Source of the DNA: Balanoglossus misakiensis
Taxonomy: Eukaryota > Animalia > Hemichordata
Assembly (NCBI GenBank): GCA_040954595.2
Contig: CM082598.2
Location: 4,086,607 to 4,150,606, forward strand
Direction: 5' to 3'
DNA: 64,000 nucleotides
A program made the translations under genes and the position numbers. The notes beneath the pieces are model-generated. The model saw nothing but the letters and a program-made list of their open reading frames with translations, made no database searches and was not told the DNA's origin. This document shows positions 1-12,847 of this stretch, piece after piece (the stretch's first letter is position 1; every line of letters begins with the position of its first letter).

Positions 1-479
1 TTTGCATTTGTGTGGGTGTGTGTGTGGGTGTGTGTGTATATATATATGTATGCATCCACTCATATTAAATGTAATTATCGTATATTAGCATGCAGGAACA
101 TGGCATATAATGATATTGATATCTCTTGCACTACGGAAGTCAGTCGGGTCAGATATATAGTAGGCCCTCCGGGCTGTTGTATCATCGTCGTGTAAATTCT
201 CAGAAATTGGAAAATGACGTTGGTTAAAGGCCAGGATGGCTATGAAGTACTGTATGTTCCTACGAACGATTTGTACTGACTACAAATAGCATGAAAAGTA
301 GCCCCAGATTTTTGGCGAAATGCCAGATCTATAGAGCGGGCTATATTTAAACCCCGCTGATGTAAATGCCTGTGTACGTTTCAGACATCAGACTGGGCTC
401 GGGGGTGCGTTAGGGATCGGCCTTTCTTCTGATCGGCGCGTCGTGAGCCGAAGAGAAACCAAAATGTAGACCGTCTTAC

Positions 480-498
480 CGCCAGCCTGGGAAGCCAT
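480..498 (-). CDS. Possible first coding exon (MASQAG...) of a gene running off the left edge
   Basis: Minus-strand exon 540..480 bounded by tttctccag and G|gtaaga. ATG at 498 in aaaATGG context. Two X-box-like motifs upstream at 882-914. Too short to identify the product. Confidence 0.35.
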
Positions 499-881
499 TT
501 TTTCTTTCCTTCTTGCAGTGCCTAAGCTCCGCTGCTGTCTCTGGAGAAATAAACACTTTCACGTCATGCCAAAATGCTTAACATATATACTACCCGGACA
601 GTTAGGGCGACAAGGCACCCTAGCTTATCGCGGATTATCCTCCTTCTCTTTTGACTGAACTTGAAAGGCCTATTAATAGCCCACAATTAGAAAGTAACGA
701 TTTTTTTAATCTAAAAATAGTACTGGGTAGAGGTACCCCACGAGACGTCGACCCTGCGAGATTTCGCATAACTAGATAATTATATTTATCGTAACAAGAC
801 AAACATGATAACCGATACAAAAGTTACATTTTTTTTCTCAAACTCCGCACCTATTCTAGTTTCGTTCAAAGCTTGACTTGT

Positions 882-914
882 ATTACTTGGCAACCAAACC
901 GTTGCTATGGTAAT
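882..914. promoter_or_regulatory. Paired RFX X-box-like motifs
   Basis: ATTACTTGGCAAC (882-894) and GTTGCTATGGTAAT (901-914) resemble GTNRCC-N0-3-RGYAAC. Confidence 0.45.
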
Positions 915-3900
915 TAACCAAGTTGCGCTGGATCTCGCAATGAACGGGAAATCATCTATGCTGCGTGTTTTGGGGAGAAAGTCTCCATGGGGACGCGTCG
1001 CCTGATCACATCCCTGTCGAATTCCCGGACGACAAGGGGCGAATTTCTGGAAAATGGTCGTGAACCCTTTCCAAATCCACTGCGATGTCTGTTGATCATG
1101 GCTGAACAGCTGTGACTACCCAGAAGTAGGAGAAATTAATTGTGTAGAGGCGCCTATGTTTGCCACGACGTGAATATTATTTAATGGAACAGATTGTACT
1201 ACGCAGACACATTGAGCAGGGTAGGCCTACATTCTAAAATCTGGAAAGGGTTCACGGGTTTCAAATTTTATCTCGAGATGAAGGCAATTAGTAAACATAT
1301 AAATGTAGTTTTCTATTTAGAAACATGACAATATTGTCAAGAAATACCTGACATTACATGCGCGTTTGGTAGCCCAATGGTGTGGAGGGGCTCATGCTAT
1401 GGGTCTACAGGTGATTGAGAAAAATAGGCAATATCCCTGATTTTCAGGTACAGGGTCCCCGGAGGTCACATGTCATATGCGCATATAGGCAACTCTTCCC
1501 ACCTTCTGAGTCACTTCTGAGGTAGCCGTCTTGCAGCTAACAGGACACATCGTGTGCTCCTGATCCAATCTCTTGGCTACCGCTATTTTGCGTTTAATTA
1601 CGTTCAAACCCATTTCTATGCATCACTAGTACGCCTCTGTGAGGCTGGATTGCTAGATTGGTGGGTTTACGGAGCTATTTTCCGGTGGTATTGCTTATTT
1701 GGTCCATCTGAGTCGGGACGGGTGTTCTGTCGCCCAAGCCCAGCTTTACAAGTGCGTGTTCTGTCCACGCACAAGTCGAACGCTTCAGTGACAGTCGTCA
1801 TCGGAAGCTCGTTCACGTTACCACACTGCAGATTTCTGTGGGAATTTCCCCAGAGTGCTTTATTAGGAGTTGAACCTCTGAAGTATTCGCAGTGTTTCCC
1901 GAGATTTCGTGACAATATCTTAGAGAAGATGAGTAAAAACTACATGTGGTGTATAATCACAACCACTTTTAAAGGTTAAATTTTAAACCGCAGCCATCTG
2001 ATATCTTTGCCGGAGAACAGCTTGCGTTGGATTATAATTGCCAGAGTCAGTCGGAACGCAGGTTGCTCTCACAGAGGGCGCGCATTAAGCAGAGGTCACG
2101 TGATAAATTTCAAAATGTCAGCCTCTTCTCATGAAAACAACACCGTCAGAAATCAGGCCGTGTATCTTCGGATATCCTCGTGTTTTTTTTTAAACGACGA
2201 TTTGATTGAGGAAAGTGGTCCTCCAACTGTATCGTGTTCAATTTTTGTGTCTTCATAAGGTCAGATAATTACGCTAGCAGTTTTTTACGAGATCGTAGTG
2301 GTGTTTGTTTAATCGTAAAAATTGCCATTTTCAATGTTTCGAGGCGAATATTTCGAAAAGTGCAAGTGGTACAAAAAAAACAATGTGTTCGAACCCTAGA
2401 TTGTTTACTTAGCTGTAATACTGGAAAATGTTACCTTCCTTGGAGCTTTTATAAAAATTTGCTGCACATCTTAGTGAACCATATACAAGTGGGATCTGGT
2501 GTATCGTACGTACAAGTATACGGCGCTAACTTTACCCCGTGTGATACTATTACTTCGTGGGGGAGGCCGAGGGGGGTTGTGAGGGTGAATGTTTGGGTTG
2601 TAATTGAGCGTGTTACACGTCAGTGCGATCATGATCGTCGTCTATTAATTGTTCTATGCCGATATAGGTGTTAAAAACAACCGATCATTTTCACACTTTG
2701 TCGGCCGATAAACGTACTGCCAATGCAGACTGATAAACACCAGTGCCGAAAGGCGGTTTTCAAACTACCGATCATTTCAAACTCTGTCGATCTTTTTCAT
2801 AATAAGCCAAAGAGCGTAGTGCAGTACCGAAAGGCCGTTTTCAAACTACCGATCTTTTACATAATAAGCCGATATGACGTGACCGACACACGATGGAGCT
2901 CCGTTTGAGTCAGACAATAGTCCCGGACACCAATACGACAAGTAGACAATTGAAAATCACAAAGAAAATGTGTTTTTTTTTGGTCAGAACCTTTCTAAAA
3001 GTAAGTCTTCGAGGTATGAAAAGCGATATCACATCAACATGTCACGAAAATTCAGTTCACCCACGAGGAGACGCTCACGCTACGTATACTGCATCATACG
3101 AAGGTTCAGGAGCTATGCACTAGTCAGGCGTGTGCGCTATACTATACATGCTATAGAACGGAATTGTTGCACTTGTAATCAGGGGCGATTTTGCAAAGAC
3201 CCATGGGGGTACACCCACTATTTTTCTTAAATAGTCAGAATATATATTGAAATTACCAAAAATCGTTTCAAAATGTTACAATTATTTTTTATAAAAAAGT
3301 GCTGCACATCTTAAAACACTATAAATTCGATGTTTATTATTTTTCCAAATTTCGGGTCACTGTAAGTTTTATCAGTTTTCCGCAAGGTTTATCAAGATAT
3401 TTCGGTAAAAATGTGTCGTTTAATAGCTTAAACTACAAACTATCGATAAATGGTGAAAATGACTGGTAAAATACAATAATTACGACGTAAATAAGCTTAG
3501 AAAATTACGCGGGAAATCAGCACACCACTTCCGCATTTGAAAACAAGATAACGTTGGGGGCGCTGCAAAGTTTAGAAAACACCGTGATTAACGGTCATTT
3601 GACGAGCTAGCGTTCGCACTGAGTAGAGGCCCAGGCAGGCAAAATGGAATCTAAATTTCGAGAGATATTTCTGATTTCTAGATTACTTCTGAGTATTTCC
3701 ATGCTTTGTCGTACGAAATTTGTTTTCTTCTTCCTGGTATATTTGGCCAGTGATACCAGTTGTGCTGTGATTTTCCAATATCAATACGGTTATATAATCT
3801 CTTGTTCATAAACCAATGAGTCGACTAGATCAATACTACACTATAGAACGTATGAGTTAAGTTGAATTGTGCGCGATGGCACCATCAAACTTACCAAAGA

Positions 3901-4145
3901 ATCTGATCATGTGTCTTCGTGTGAAATGCAAAAATCGGTGCTTTGGGTTGTTGCGCTACCGTCGACACTGTCGTCTGCTGTTATTGTGAAACATAATATG
4001 ACCTCGGAAAACTATTGTTGCCGACATTCATAATCAGTGGACGTTGGCAACATCTGCGGCTTTGCTTCGCTCTCCCCGAATATCGACATCACCGCCCGAG
4101 GGCGCTGCAACCAGCCCCGTAGTCAGACCATAGCCCCATGGAAGT

Positions 4146-4238
4146 TTAACCCTTTCACCCGCAGTTCCCTCTTTAGAGGTCCAACTTTACCACAGAAAAC
4201 ATTGGATTTGGACTGAACCATGGTGGTGAAAGGGCTAA
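4146..4238. mobile_element. ~90-bp piggyBac-type MITE (family A)
   Basis: TTAA-CCCTTTCACC ... GGTGAAAGGG-(C/T)TAA; the same internal core recurs in about 15 copies across the window. Confidence 0.8.
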
Positions 4239-5315
4239 CCTAAAACCAGGTCTTGAAATTCGAGGATGGTGGTACCTCATCCATACATTTACCTCAAGAA
4301 ACTTGCTCTAACCCTATCTATAACTTTTTTATTTTATTTCTAATGTAGTCACAACCAGGGCAAACATATCAGTGAATACAACATCATCACAACATGGCTT
4401 TCGTTTATAAAAAAAATGTGGAAATTACTACACAAGTTTTAATAGTAAAAAGCTTTTATTTCAATAGCACTCAAACTTAAAATGAACAGGACGAACAATT
4501 ATTGTGTGGAGGGTGGGTAGGCAAAAATACAACATATGCAAAGTATGTGGCAGCTTGCAAAAAAATAAAAATCTCACGAATGCAGACTTTGGACCAGGGA
4601 AAAACTAAGAATTATCATGAATGTTAACAGTGATTTCGTTGTCAATTTTAATTTTAAAATTGTAAATTGGGTCACCTCAAGTCAACATTTATCCTAACCT
4701 TGAACCTCTTCTTGTACGCCTGTCGCATTGCTGTTATAATTTAATAAATTTTCTTTTTTTGTGGTAAAAACATTGTAGCATATATGGCCCCTGTGAACTA
4801 TGAAAAAATGGATTTTTTTACTGTATTCAATATATACACCTTAAATGTTGAAATGAGTTGAATTTCAAATCTTTTTCTTTTCTCAAAGCATTACATGCGC
4901 ATATTTTGCATACATTTTGATGAAATCTTTTCAAGGGTACCAAATTTTGGGATATAAAATGCTTAAAGTTACACAGTATATGTTACCTTGGAAACATATG
5001 CGCGAACATAGAAAATTAGTTCATTTTTATTCCATCACTCTGCAGTCACACATAAAATTAAACACTTTTAAATACGCAACAAGTGACGAAAAAAATTATC
5101 AAAATATGGACGGATTGAGACAAGTATATATACATCATGTTGAATTTTTCTTTTGCCTGATTTTGCTCTAACATTTACACTACCACTCATGCAAATAAAA
5201 CTCTGAATCAGGTGCAGCTTTGAAGAAATTTTAGCACATGATCTGGTTGTTTTTATGTACAAAATTACGCCAGTCCGCGACTTGGTGGGGTGAAGGGTCA
5301 AAGGTCACCCAGAGT

Positions 5316-8300
5316 TCAAATGCAGGTCACTGAGCGGTGGAAAGTCACATGTTTCTTGTTGTCATGGGTGTGGTCGTCATAGAATGTGTCCTTGGCTTTG
5401 ATGCTCCTGAAAGAAGAAAAAAAATGACAATGAAATTATAATATTTGATAAACATAATATTAGGATGGACACTGCATTTCATGGGAAATTTATATTATTA
5501 AAATTGAAAAGCACAAGTAATTTCTTGATGTTTCAAATCACATTGTTGTTGTAAATAATAGTAAAAGAATTCAATACAGTAGTTATTAGTAGGTGTTATA
5601 AAACAACAACAACGTAAACTCAGATCAATGAAATTTCTCTGTTCTGGAGTCATTGTATGTGTGTGATCAGCACATATCAGCTTTATACCTTGCAACATAT
5701 GGGTCCAGATTTCGTAGTTCTCCTGTCGTGTCGAGTTCAGGTCCATACGAGTGGACGGCCGTGCTTCTTGTGAAACCGTCCGGAAGTTTGTCCATGACAT
5801 CTCCGAATGTACGACCGGCTCGTGCCTTGCCCTTCGGATTCATATTCCAGTACCTACCGGGAAGATGGAATTGGAAACTCAAAGTTACAAATTGTACAAA
5901 ACAGTTTGGAAATTCTGAATATGTGTGGTTGTAACAGGCACACCTTGTGACCGTCAAAGTTGGGCCTATCTGAGAGAATATATGATACATCACAACTTAA
6001 TGACACTATATGACAGGTTTCTGTTTATTATTGTATTGATCATAGATGTGGAAAGATATTTTTTTTTAAATATTACCTTGTATCATAGTGTGTCAGCCAC
6101 ATCCTTGGATCAGTTGCACCATAACTGGAATCTTTGTCTTGGTTACTGCTGTACCCACTTGTTTCCTAAAACAATTGAAAAATGAAAAAAATATTTCAAT
6201 AAAACATTACTAGGAGGTATAAGTAATGCTTATTCCTTCCAGAAATAAAAATAATTGCTGTATACATATACATGTAGGTTTTTAAAAATAAAAAATAATA
6301 GAAACGTGGGTATGAAAATAGAGGGCGCTATACCATACCTTGTAACCAACTGCAGTTTTTGCCAGTCTGTCTGTCTCACTGGGGCTCGGTCTCTGCTGTC
6401 CCTGGAAGGCCTTTGTTGCCATCGATGAATGGTTGTCTGGATTTGTCATGTTCAAATATTCCGCCGGGTCGTTCTTCTGGATTGCGTCACGGGCCGCGTC
6501 CGGGACGTCGTGCAATTTGGTGTAGGCCTGGTGAGAAATCGGAATCCATACGACTTTCTTTTAGTATCATTGCAACCTCTGAGATGTTTGTGGGGGCGGG
6601 GTTACTCAATCTTTCAGAGTTAGTGCCACCCCTGAGATGTATGTGGGGCAGGATTACTCACTCTTTTCGATACACCTGCAATCACTTGTTTACCATGGTG
6701 GTGAAAGGGTTAACTCAACCTCAATCTTTCTGAATTAGTGCCACCCCTGAGATGTATGTGGGGCAGGATTACTCACTCTTTTCGAAACACCTGCAATCAC
6801 TTGTTCACCATGGTGGTAAAAGGGTTAACTCAATAAAAAGAAAGAGAGAAAAAGAATAAAATAATTGCAAAACTTACCTCTTCTGGTACTCTGTTGACAA
6901 AGAGAGGTTTAGCCACTTCCCGAGTGAAACCTGTGTCTCTCACAGAACGGTTTGCGACTAATGGAAGTTTTTCATCTCCCTGGAGAAAAAAAAATCACAA
7001 AATCGCAAAAAGTTGTTACCACTCAAATCTATCCATAAGTGTTGAAATAATAACATGTCTTTACAATGATGTTCCAAATCACCAAAATATGGATGTTATT
7101 TTTGGTCAAACCAAAAGTTTGTGCGTACTTGTTACCATGCAAATTCAGATTTGAAGTCAAATGCCATTTAATACTTACATGTGAATATTCAGATGGCAGA
7201 TAATGTGTTTTCATGATGCTTCTGCCAGTCGGTCGGTCTGTAAACCAACCCTGGGATAATGAGAGATGGAAAAACAAATGTGAACAAGCTTGATAAAGAC
7301 ATGAATCTTACTGTAAAAATTCTATTCTATTCTGTGTGTCATATACACAACCGACATAAAATAAATTTCCATCCCGCTTGTATGATATGAGAGTAAAAAC
7401 TCGCCCAAAATAAATAAATGGTAGAGACCGATTATTCATTTTGGCGAGTTTTTTCATTCTGGTGTCTACAAGCAGGATGGAAGGTGTGTGTGGTTGAACG
7501 TTGATTCACTATATACCCACATGTAGAATAACATAAACGGTGTCTTGTATCAAACATAAATAATGAAAAAAGGGCAGCGAGAGAGAGACATTGTCCCTCT
7601 AATGCATGGAAAATAAATAAACAAGTTTGCTTACTGGTTTGTCAAGTTTGTAGGGTTCACCTGGGTGGAATGTGATTGGTTCAATGTTGTACGCATGAGT
7701 AAAACCTGTGTCTTCATTTCCCCCTACAGACTTATGTTGTGTGTTCACTGCAGGAAGAAAAATATCAAAAATTAAAATCAAAGTACGATAAAAAATATTG
7801 CATCAAAATTCCCCACAATGCTGCTAAGATAATGATTCATCAAAATGTTTGTTTTGTATTGGTTTATTACCAATGATGCATTGTAGAATCACATGATTGG
7901 ACCCCATTTCATAAAGTGATACATCAGTTGAGAGAGAAATACTATTGAACATTCTAATAACTACACACAGATAACATTGTATAAACTCAAAAGACACATT
8001 TTTATTTAAAGCTAAAATACTATATATTTGACCAGAGGTTAAGTAATCTATTCAGTTGATTAACACACTCATTGTGAATCGCAATGGGTGTACATGTATA
8101 GACAGGTAACATTCTATTGAAATTAGAACTTATTTTATTGTATTTTATTCAACATTATCGTAAGATAGTTTACATTTGTCTCTTACCGTGATACGCTGTT
8201 CATCAAATAGTTGCGAAAACAACAAAATGTGATCATCCACGGCATGCAATAGTGTCAAGCAAAGGCAAGAAAAACCATGCAGATCAGAGGTTAATATGTG

Positions 8301-11176
8301 GCAATAGCATGCTATGAAACGTATCTGTTAGTCAGAGCATAAAAACAACACACTGTGTACGGTATTTGACTCTAATAATATCACAAGTTAATCTACAGTA
8401 TTAAGGATGTACGTTCAGTAAAATTGAAAGTATTGTCATTTTTTTTAATTGTGGATTTTTGGATTCTCCTTTGTATGTATAATGAAAATCCGTAATAAAA
8501 TATAGGGGTCACCGCGCTTGTTTTTGAAATACAGAGCCATGAATTTAGTCGAAAAAAGAAGAAAACTGATGACTCAGCATTTTTCACCAATGGTTTGTCT
8601 ATGGGCAAAATTTTTGACGCAATTTATCTCAAAATAGAGCGCGGTGACCCCTATATTTTATTTGACCAATGAATTTATATTTGCTGAACTGAGCTTTGTG
8701 TGAAATTTCGTGAAAATGACAATAGTAGAAGTTTGTTTTCTAGCAATTTTCAATGTAATCCTATGGGAAAAAGACCGGGCGCGCGCTGTTTCCGGTTTAT
8801 GTTCTGCGCGTACATCCTTAAAGAAGCTTTTCCTTGGTTATGGTAAAACTAAACTACATGTATTTGAATTCAAATCAAACATTCTCCCCAGGACTGTATG
8901 ATAGTGTGTGGCCAATTTGCATAATAGTTGCAGCTATTGTTATGTTAATGTATTCTATTATTTGGCAGTCACGTGACCAGTTAATTGAAATGCACAAGCC
9001 GTTAGTTTGCAATAACAAAAAAGGGGACAAAATTTACTGACTATGTTTTGAGAATGACATATTCAAGAACAGTCCCCAAAATGGCATATTTTGCACAGTA
9101 AAATCACAACAATAACAAAACTGTAAACGAAGACTATCACAAAATCGATTGTGACTGGCACAAATATTCATGCACATTACAGTAAACTCTACTTACATTT
9201 GCCATGGGGTAGACCCTTGAATCTCTCATGTGTTTCTGTTGACATGAACCGTGGCCCCTGAAAAAAATTGAAATAAACAGTATTATACAAGATGTTTAGT
9301 TTTCGATGCATTTCTTATAATCTGAGAAACTCTGATTCTAACTATTGTGTTTATCGCACTTCCATATTAAATTTCTGTTCCAAAAAGTTAAGAATTTCAT
9401 GCATTTCTTGCCAACTGAGTAACTTTGTTTATTGGAATTCCATTCTCTTCATTAGGTAACCCAAATCTTTGAATATGTTTTAATAAAATTCTGCAAAACT
9501 AATATTAGACTATATTTAACCCTTTCACCCCCAGTTCAATCTACAGAGGTCCAACTTTACCATAGGAAACAATGGGTTTGGACCAAACCATGGGCAACAT
9601 GGTTTGGTCCAACTTTACCATAGGAAACAATGGGTTTGGACCAAACCATGGGCAACATGGTGAAAGGGTTAATCTCTATAGACTGTTAAGCCAGTGGGTC
9701 TTCCCACACAATATATGCAATACCCCCCCCCCCCCTCTCTAAACTGTGGTATGTTCCATGCAACCCCAGGAAACAATAGGAACGCACCACAGTGTAGAGA
9801 TACAAGGGATGGACGGGGCGTATACTCACATGTCCAGCATTTTCCAACTCCACAGGGTCCTTCCCTTGTATTGTGTGAAGTCGGGCTTTGTGCTTCGGTA
9901 AAACACCACTGGCAGTTATAGCTGGACCGTGTCCTCTTGAGTCAATAAACACTTCTTTCACCTACAAAAGAAAACAAAGAGAAAATAAACAAAACAAAAA
10001 CACACAAAAAATTGTTTTAAAAAAGTTATAAAAATCTATGAAAACAAAACAAAACAAAAACACCATCCTGAATGCAGTGTTTACTGAATAATGAAATACA
10101 GATATTTGTGGATCATAATATAAATGTTCTTCATATATCAACACCTATAAGATTGCTTCTCATTGTATATTTAAAATTTAGACCATCTAAAATTTAACCT
10201 GACCATAACATGTTCATACCCTTCCACTGGTGAACACTTGATCCATACAGTAAATTCACACTTCTAGGATGTAATGTTTGTACGCACGAAATTACGTTAC
10301 GCACACGCGCATAAGGCGATCGTTTGCCTTTAATTCTGATAATTATCATTGATTAATCTGATATTAATTCTGATTGATTTCTGGAGATTAATTTACCTCG
10401 TTGACGGTCGGGGTGGTGATGGGCACCTGTCGTACGAATCCGGAACCTGGTTGGTGCATATTCCATGGAAGTGGATCTCTTCCGTCGGAATCCCTGGACG
10501 GTTGGTAATGTTTTGTGGTTATGGATTTGTAGTTGCCTGAAACAATTTGTCTGGAAAAACAAAGGAATTTGATAATTTTTTTAAGGCAAAAAAATACATG
10601 TACCCTTGATTTGATCAGGCGATTAAGTTTTAGAAATCTTTTTTATTTGAATGACTTGTTGATGTTGTTTGTTGCTCAGTAATTTCTGATTTAACCCTTT
10701 CACCACCATGGTTTGGTCCAAGTCCATTACTTTCAATAGCAATGCTGGACCGCTATACAGGAAAACAGGGGTGAAAGGGTTAAACAAGGAGGTTAAGATT
10801 TTAGCAGTCTTAATTAACCATCAGAGTTTTTCTTATATGTGTATCTTTTGGCAAAACTGATAAATATTTCATATCAATGATGTGAAAAGATGAAGCTGTA
10901 CAATCTATTCTGAAAATCGGACGGAAAATTCCTCCACAAATTAACTCACCCCATGGTCGGGTTATCGAGATCATCAAGTCTCTTTGTGTAATAAACTCCA
11001 GGTCTGAAGTTCGACTGATACCCGGTGCCGGTATGTTTTCCATAGCGGGGATAAAACGGTTCTTTTCCGTATTTTGTGGAATAGATAGTTGAGTAGAATT
11101 TCATGAGATCTGAGTCCGGCCCATAACTGGCGCATACATGGGGGTTCTTCCGACCCCAGGGGAGACGGCCAGACAT
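5316..11176 (-). CDS. SAXO4: Stabilizer of axonemal microtubules 4 / protein phosphatase 1 regulatory subunit 32 (multi-exon)
   Basis: The N-terminus MSGRLPWG..DLMKFYSTIYSTKYGKEPFYPRYGKHTGTGYQSNFRP..LDNPTMG matches the remembered vertebrate PPP1R32/IIIG9 N-terminus. About 11 in-phase GT-AG coding exons run from ATG 11176 to TGA 5318-5316, ending ...DPYVARSIKAKDTFYDDHTHDNKKHVTFHRSVTCI. Probable non-coding exon 1 near 12127-12230. Confidence 0.88.
6612..6832. repeat. Tandem duplication (~116-bp unit) in a SAXO4 intron, each unit ending in a family A MITE half
   Basis: Two near-identical units ttagtgccacccctgagatgtatgtggggcaggattactcactc...ccatggtggt(g/a)aaagggttaactcaa. Confidence 0.85.
7366..7601. 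mobile_element. Partial Kolobok-type MITE (family D)
   Basis: Shares catcccgcttgtatgatatgagagtaaaaactcgcc and the gggcagcgagagagagac..gtccc terminus with the full copy at 42786-43078. Confidence 0.7.
8401..8821. mobile_element. Kolobok-type MITE (family F)
   Basis: TTAA-GGATGTACG ... CGTACATCC-TTAA, plus an internal inverted pair ataggggtcaccgcgc / gcgcggtgacccctat. Confidence 0.7.
9516..9672. mobile_element. Family A MITE with an internal tandem duplication
   Basis: TTAA-CCCTTTCACC...GGTGAAAGGG-TTAA; the core tccaactttaccataggaaacaatgggtttggaccaaaccatgggcaacatgg is present twice. Confidence 0.8.
10691..10783. mobile_element. Family A MITE
   Basis: Intact TTAA TSDs and CCCTTTCACC TIRs. Confidence 0.8.
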
Positions 11177-12240
11177 GATGGAGAGTCCTGTGAAAGAAAA
11201 CGACAATTCAACATAAAAGTATCAAAAATGAAGAATTTTCAATGTTGGTGAAATTGAAGGCATTTTAACTATAGTTCTTAGCTCTGTATCAGTAAAAAGA
11301 TTTCTTTTTGCCCTTATATTTTTTACCTCTTACTAAAACTGATTATAAAACTGAACTATCTGATGGAAACCACAATATTTGTTTCTTGGTAATCCCTTCC
11401 ATTATTTAGGAACTTTTATTGGGTAGAAATTAGAAATGGATTGTTTCCATGGTAATTATTCCATTATCAGTTATATTTATTTACCTTTGATTAATGTGTA
11501 ATCAGTTTCATAATAATATGGCATGTTGTCATGATATTAATCAAATGTTTACATAACAATACACTTGACAATGGATTGCATAGTGGTCTCTCTATACAAA
11601 TAATCTATAATTTATAAAATAATGTTTTTCGTTGGATTTTTTGTGCATATAATTATTTTCTCAAGTTTATGAAGTGAATTTTACTGGCTGATTACACTTT
11701 AAAACTGATGACTGCAAATTTTGGTTTTATTTGTAAATGAATTATAAAATGAGGCAATATTTAGCTTGTTTTAATTGATCAGAACTTATCACAGTCACAC
11801 GCCCATAAATAAGTTGACGTGTTTTTATGAAAAAATCGGATGTTTGAAACCCTTTCAGTTGATTCATAGTATAGCTTGTCTTACCACAATTGCATAATTA
11901 AAGAAAATATAGTAAACATTGGCCTGGCGTCTCATCATGGACCTTGATCGGGGTCCAGCCCACATTTGTTTAATTCACACTACAGGTACGAGTCGATCTC
12001 AATGTCATTCAGTCTTTGAATGGTTAAACGTGAACAGACATTAAGAGGCGTGCACCCGAATATGGCAATAATTCTTCTACATATGGTCATGATTTTCGTC
12101 AAACCAGTTCTTGTTTGCATGTCTTACCTTGCGATTTTAGGCAGCGATCACAAAATATGTCTCCAATGCTCCGATGTTCACCCAAACACAGACAGACGCA
12201 CTCACAATACAGCTGAGCGTAATCACTGAATATGTTTGTG

Positions 12241-12296
12241 GTTGCATGGCAACAGGCACGCTTGCGCGGATCGCCGGCTGTGTACATGTGACGTCA
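12241..12296. promoter_or_regulatory. X-box and CRE in the divergent SAXO4 / CPRAS1-like promoter region
   Basis: GTTGCATGGCAAC (12241-12253) and TGACGTCA (12289-12296) lie just upstream of the predicted SAXO4 5' exon. A further X-box-like GTTTCCATGGTAAT is at 11443-11456. Confidence 0.6.
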
Positions 12297-12847
12297 ACGC
12301 ACGAAAGTCAGCGTCATCAATGTTGTGGGTCATGTTCTATTTTTAGAGCAATACGTCATGTTCCCTAAGCATGACCGTAATATTCATGAGCTTTAGATCC
12401 TGGTATCAATACGCATAAACGAGCAAAAGGCAATAAGTGAGCTGATGTATATATTTTCATAAAATATTCAAGGTATCAAAATCATAAGCTTAATTAGAAG
12501 GCTTGGTCGCACTGCTAGAAGATAAGTTTGATTTTGTTGCAAGATATTATTGGTACTACTTTGTTTACACGACTTGTTACATTGTTTACAGTAGCAGTTC
12601 CTCGGTTGAGGTATTCAGCGCTACAAGGAAACTGTGTAAAGCATAACACACAACTCATCATAGGCAATTGCGATTGCTAGTGACCTCATTTTTACGCCGT
12701 GTGTACTGAAACGTGTAGAATATAGTTTTTATCACATCTGACCGTCGCACACAAGCGAGGATTTGACAACCAAGTCGCATCGACGCGACAGATCGGACAG
12801 GTTAGTTTCAGTCCAGTCAGTCAGTGTGTACGATTCACAACCCAGTC

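Noticed and set aside
1554-2674. ORFs of 82-146 aa in the left intergenic region
   Set aside because: No recognisable domain, mostly non-ATG starts and no coherent exon chain.
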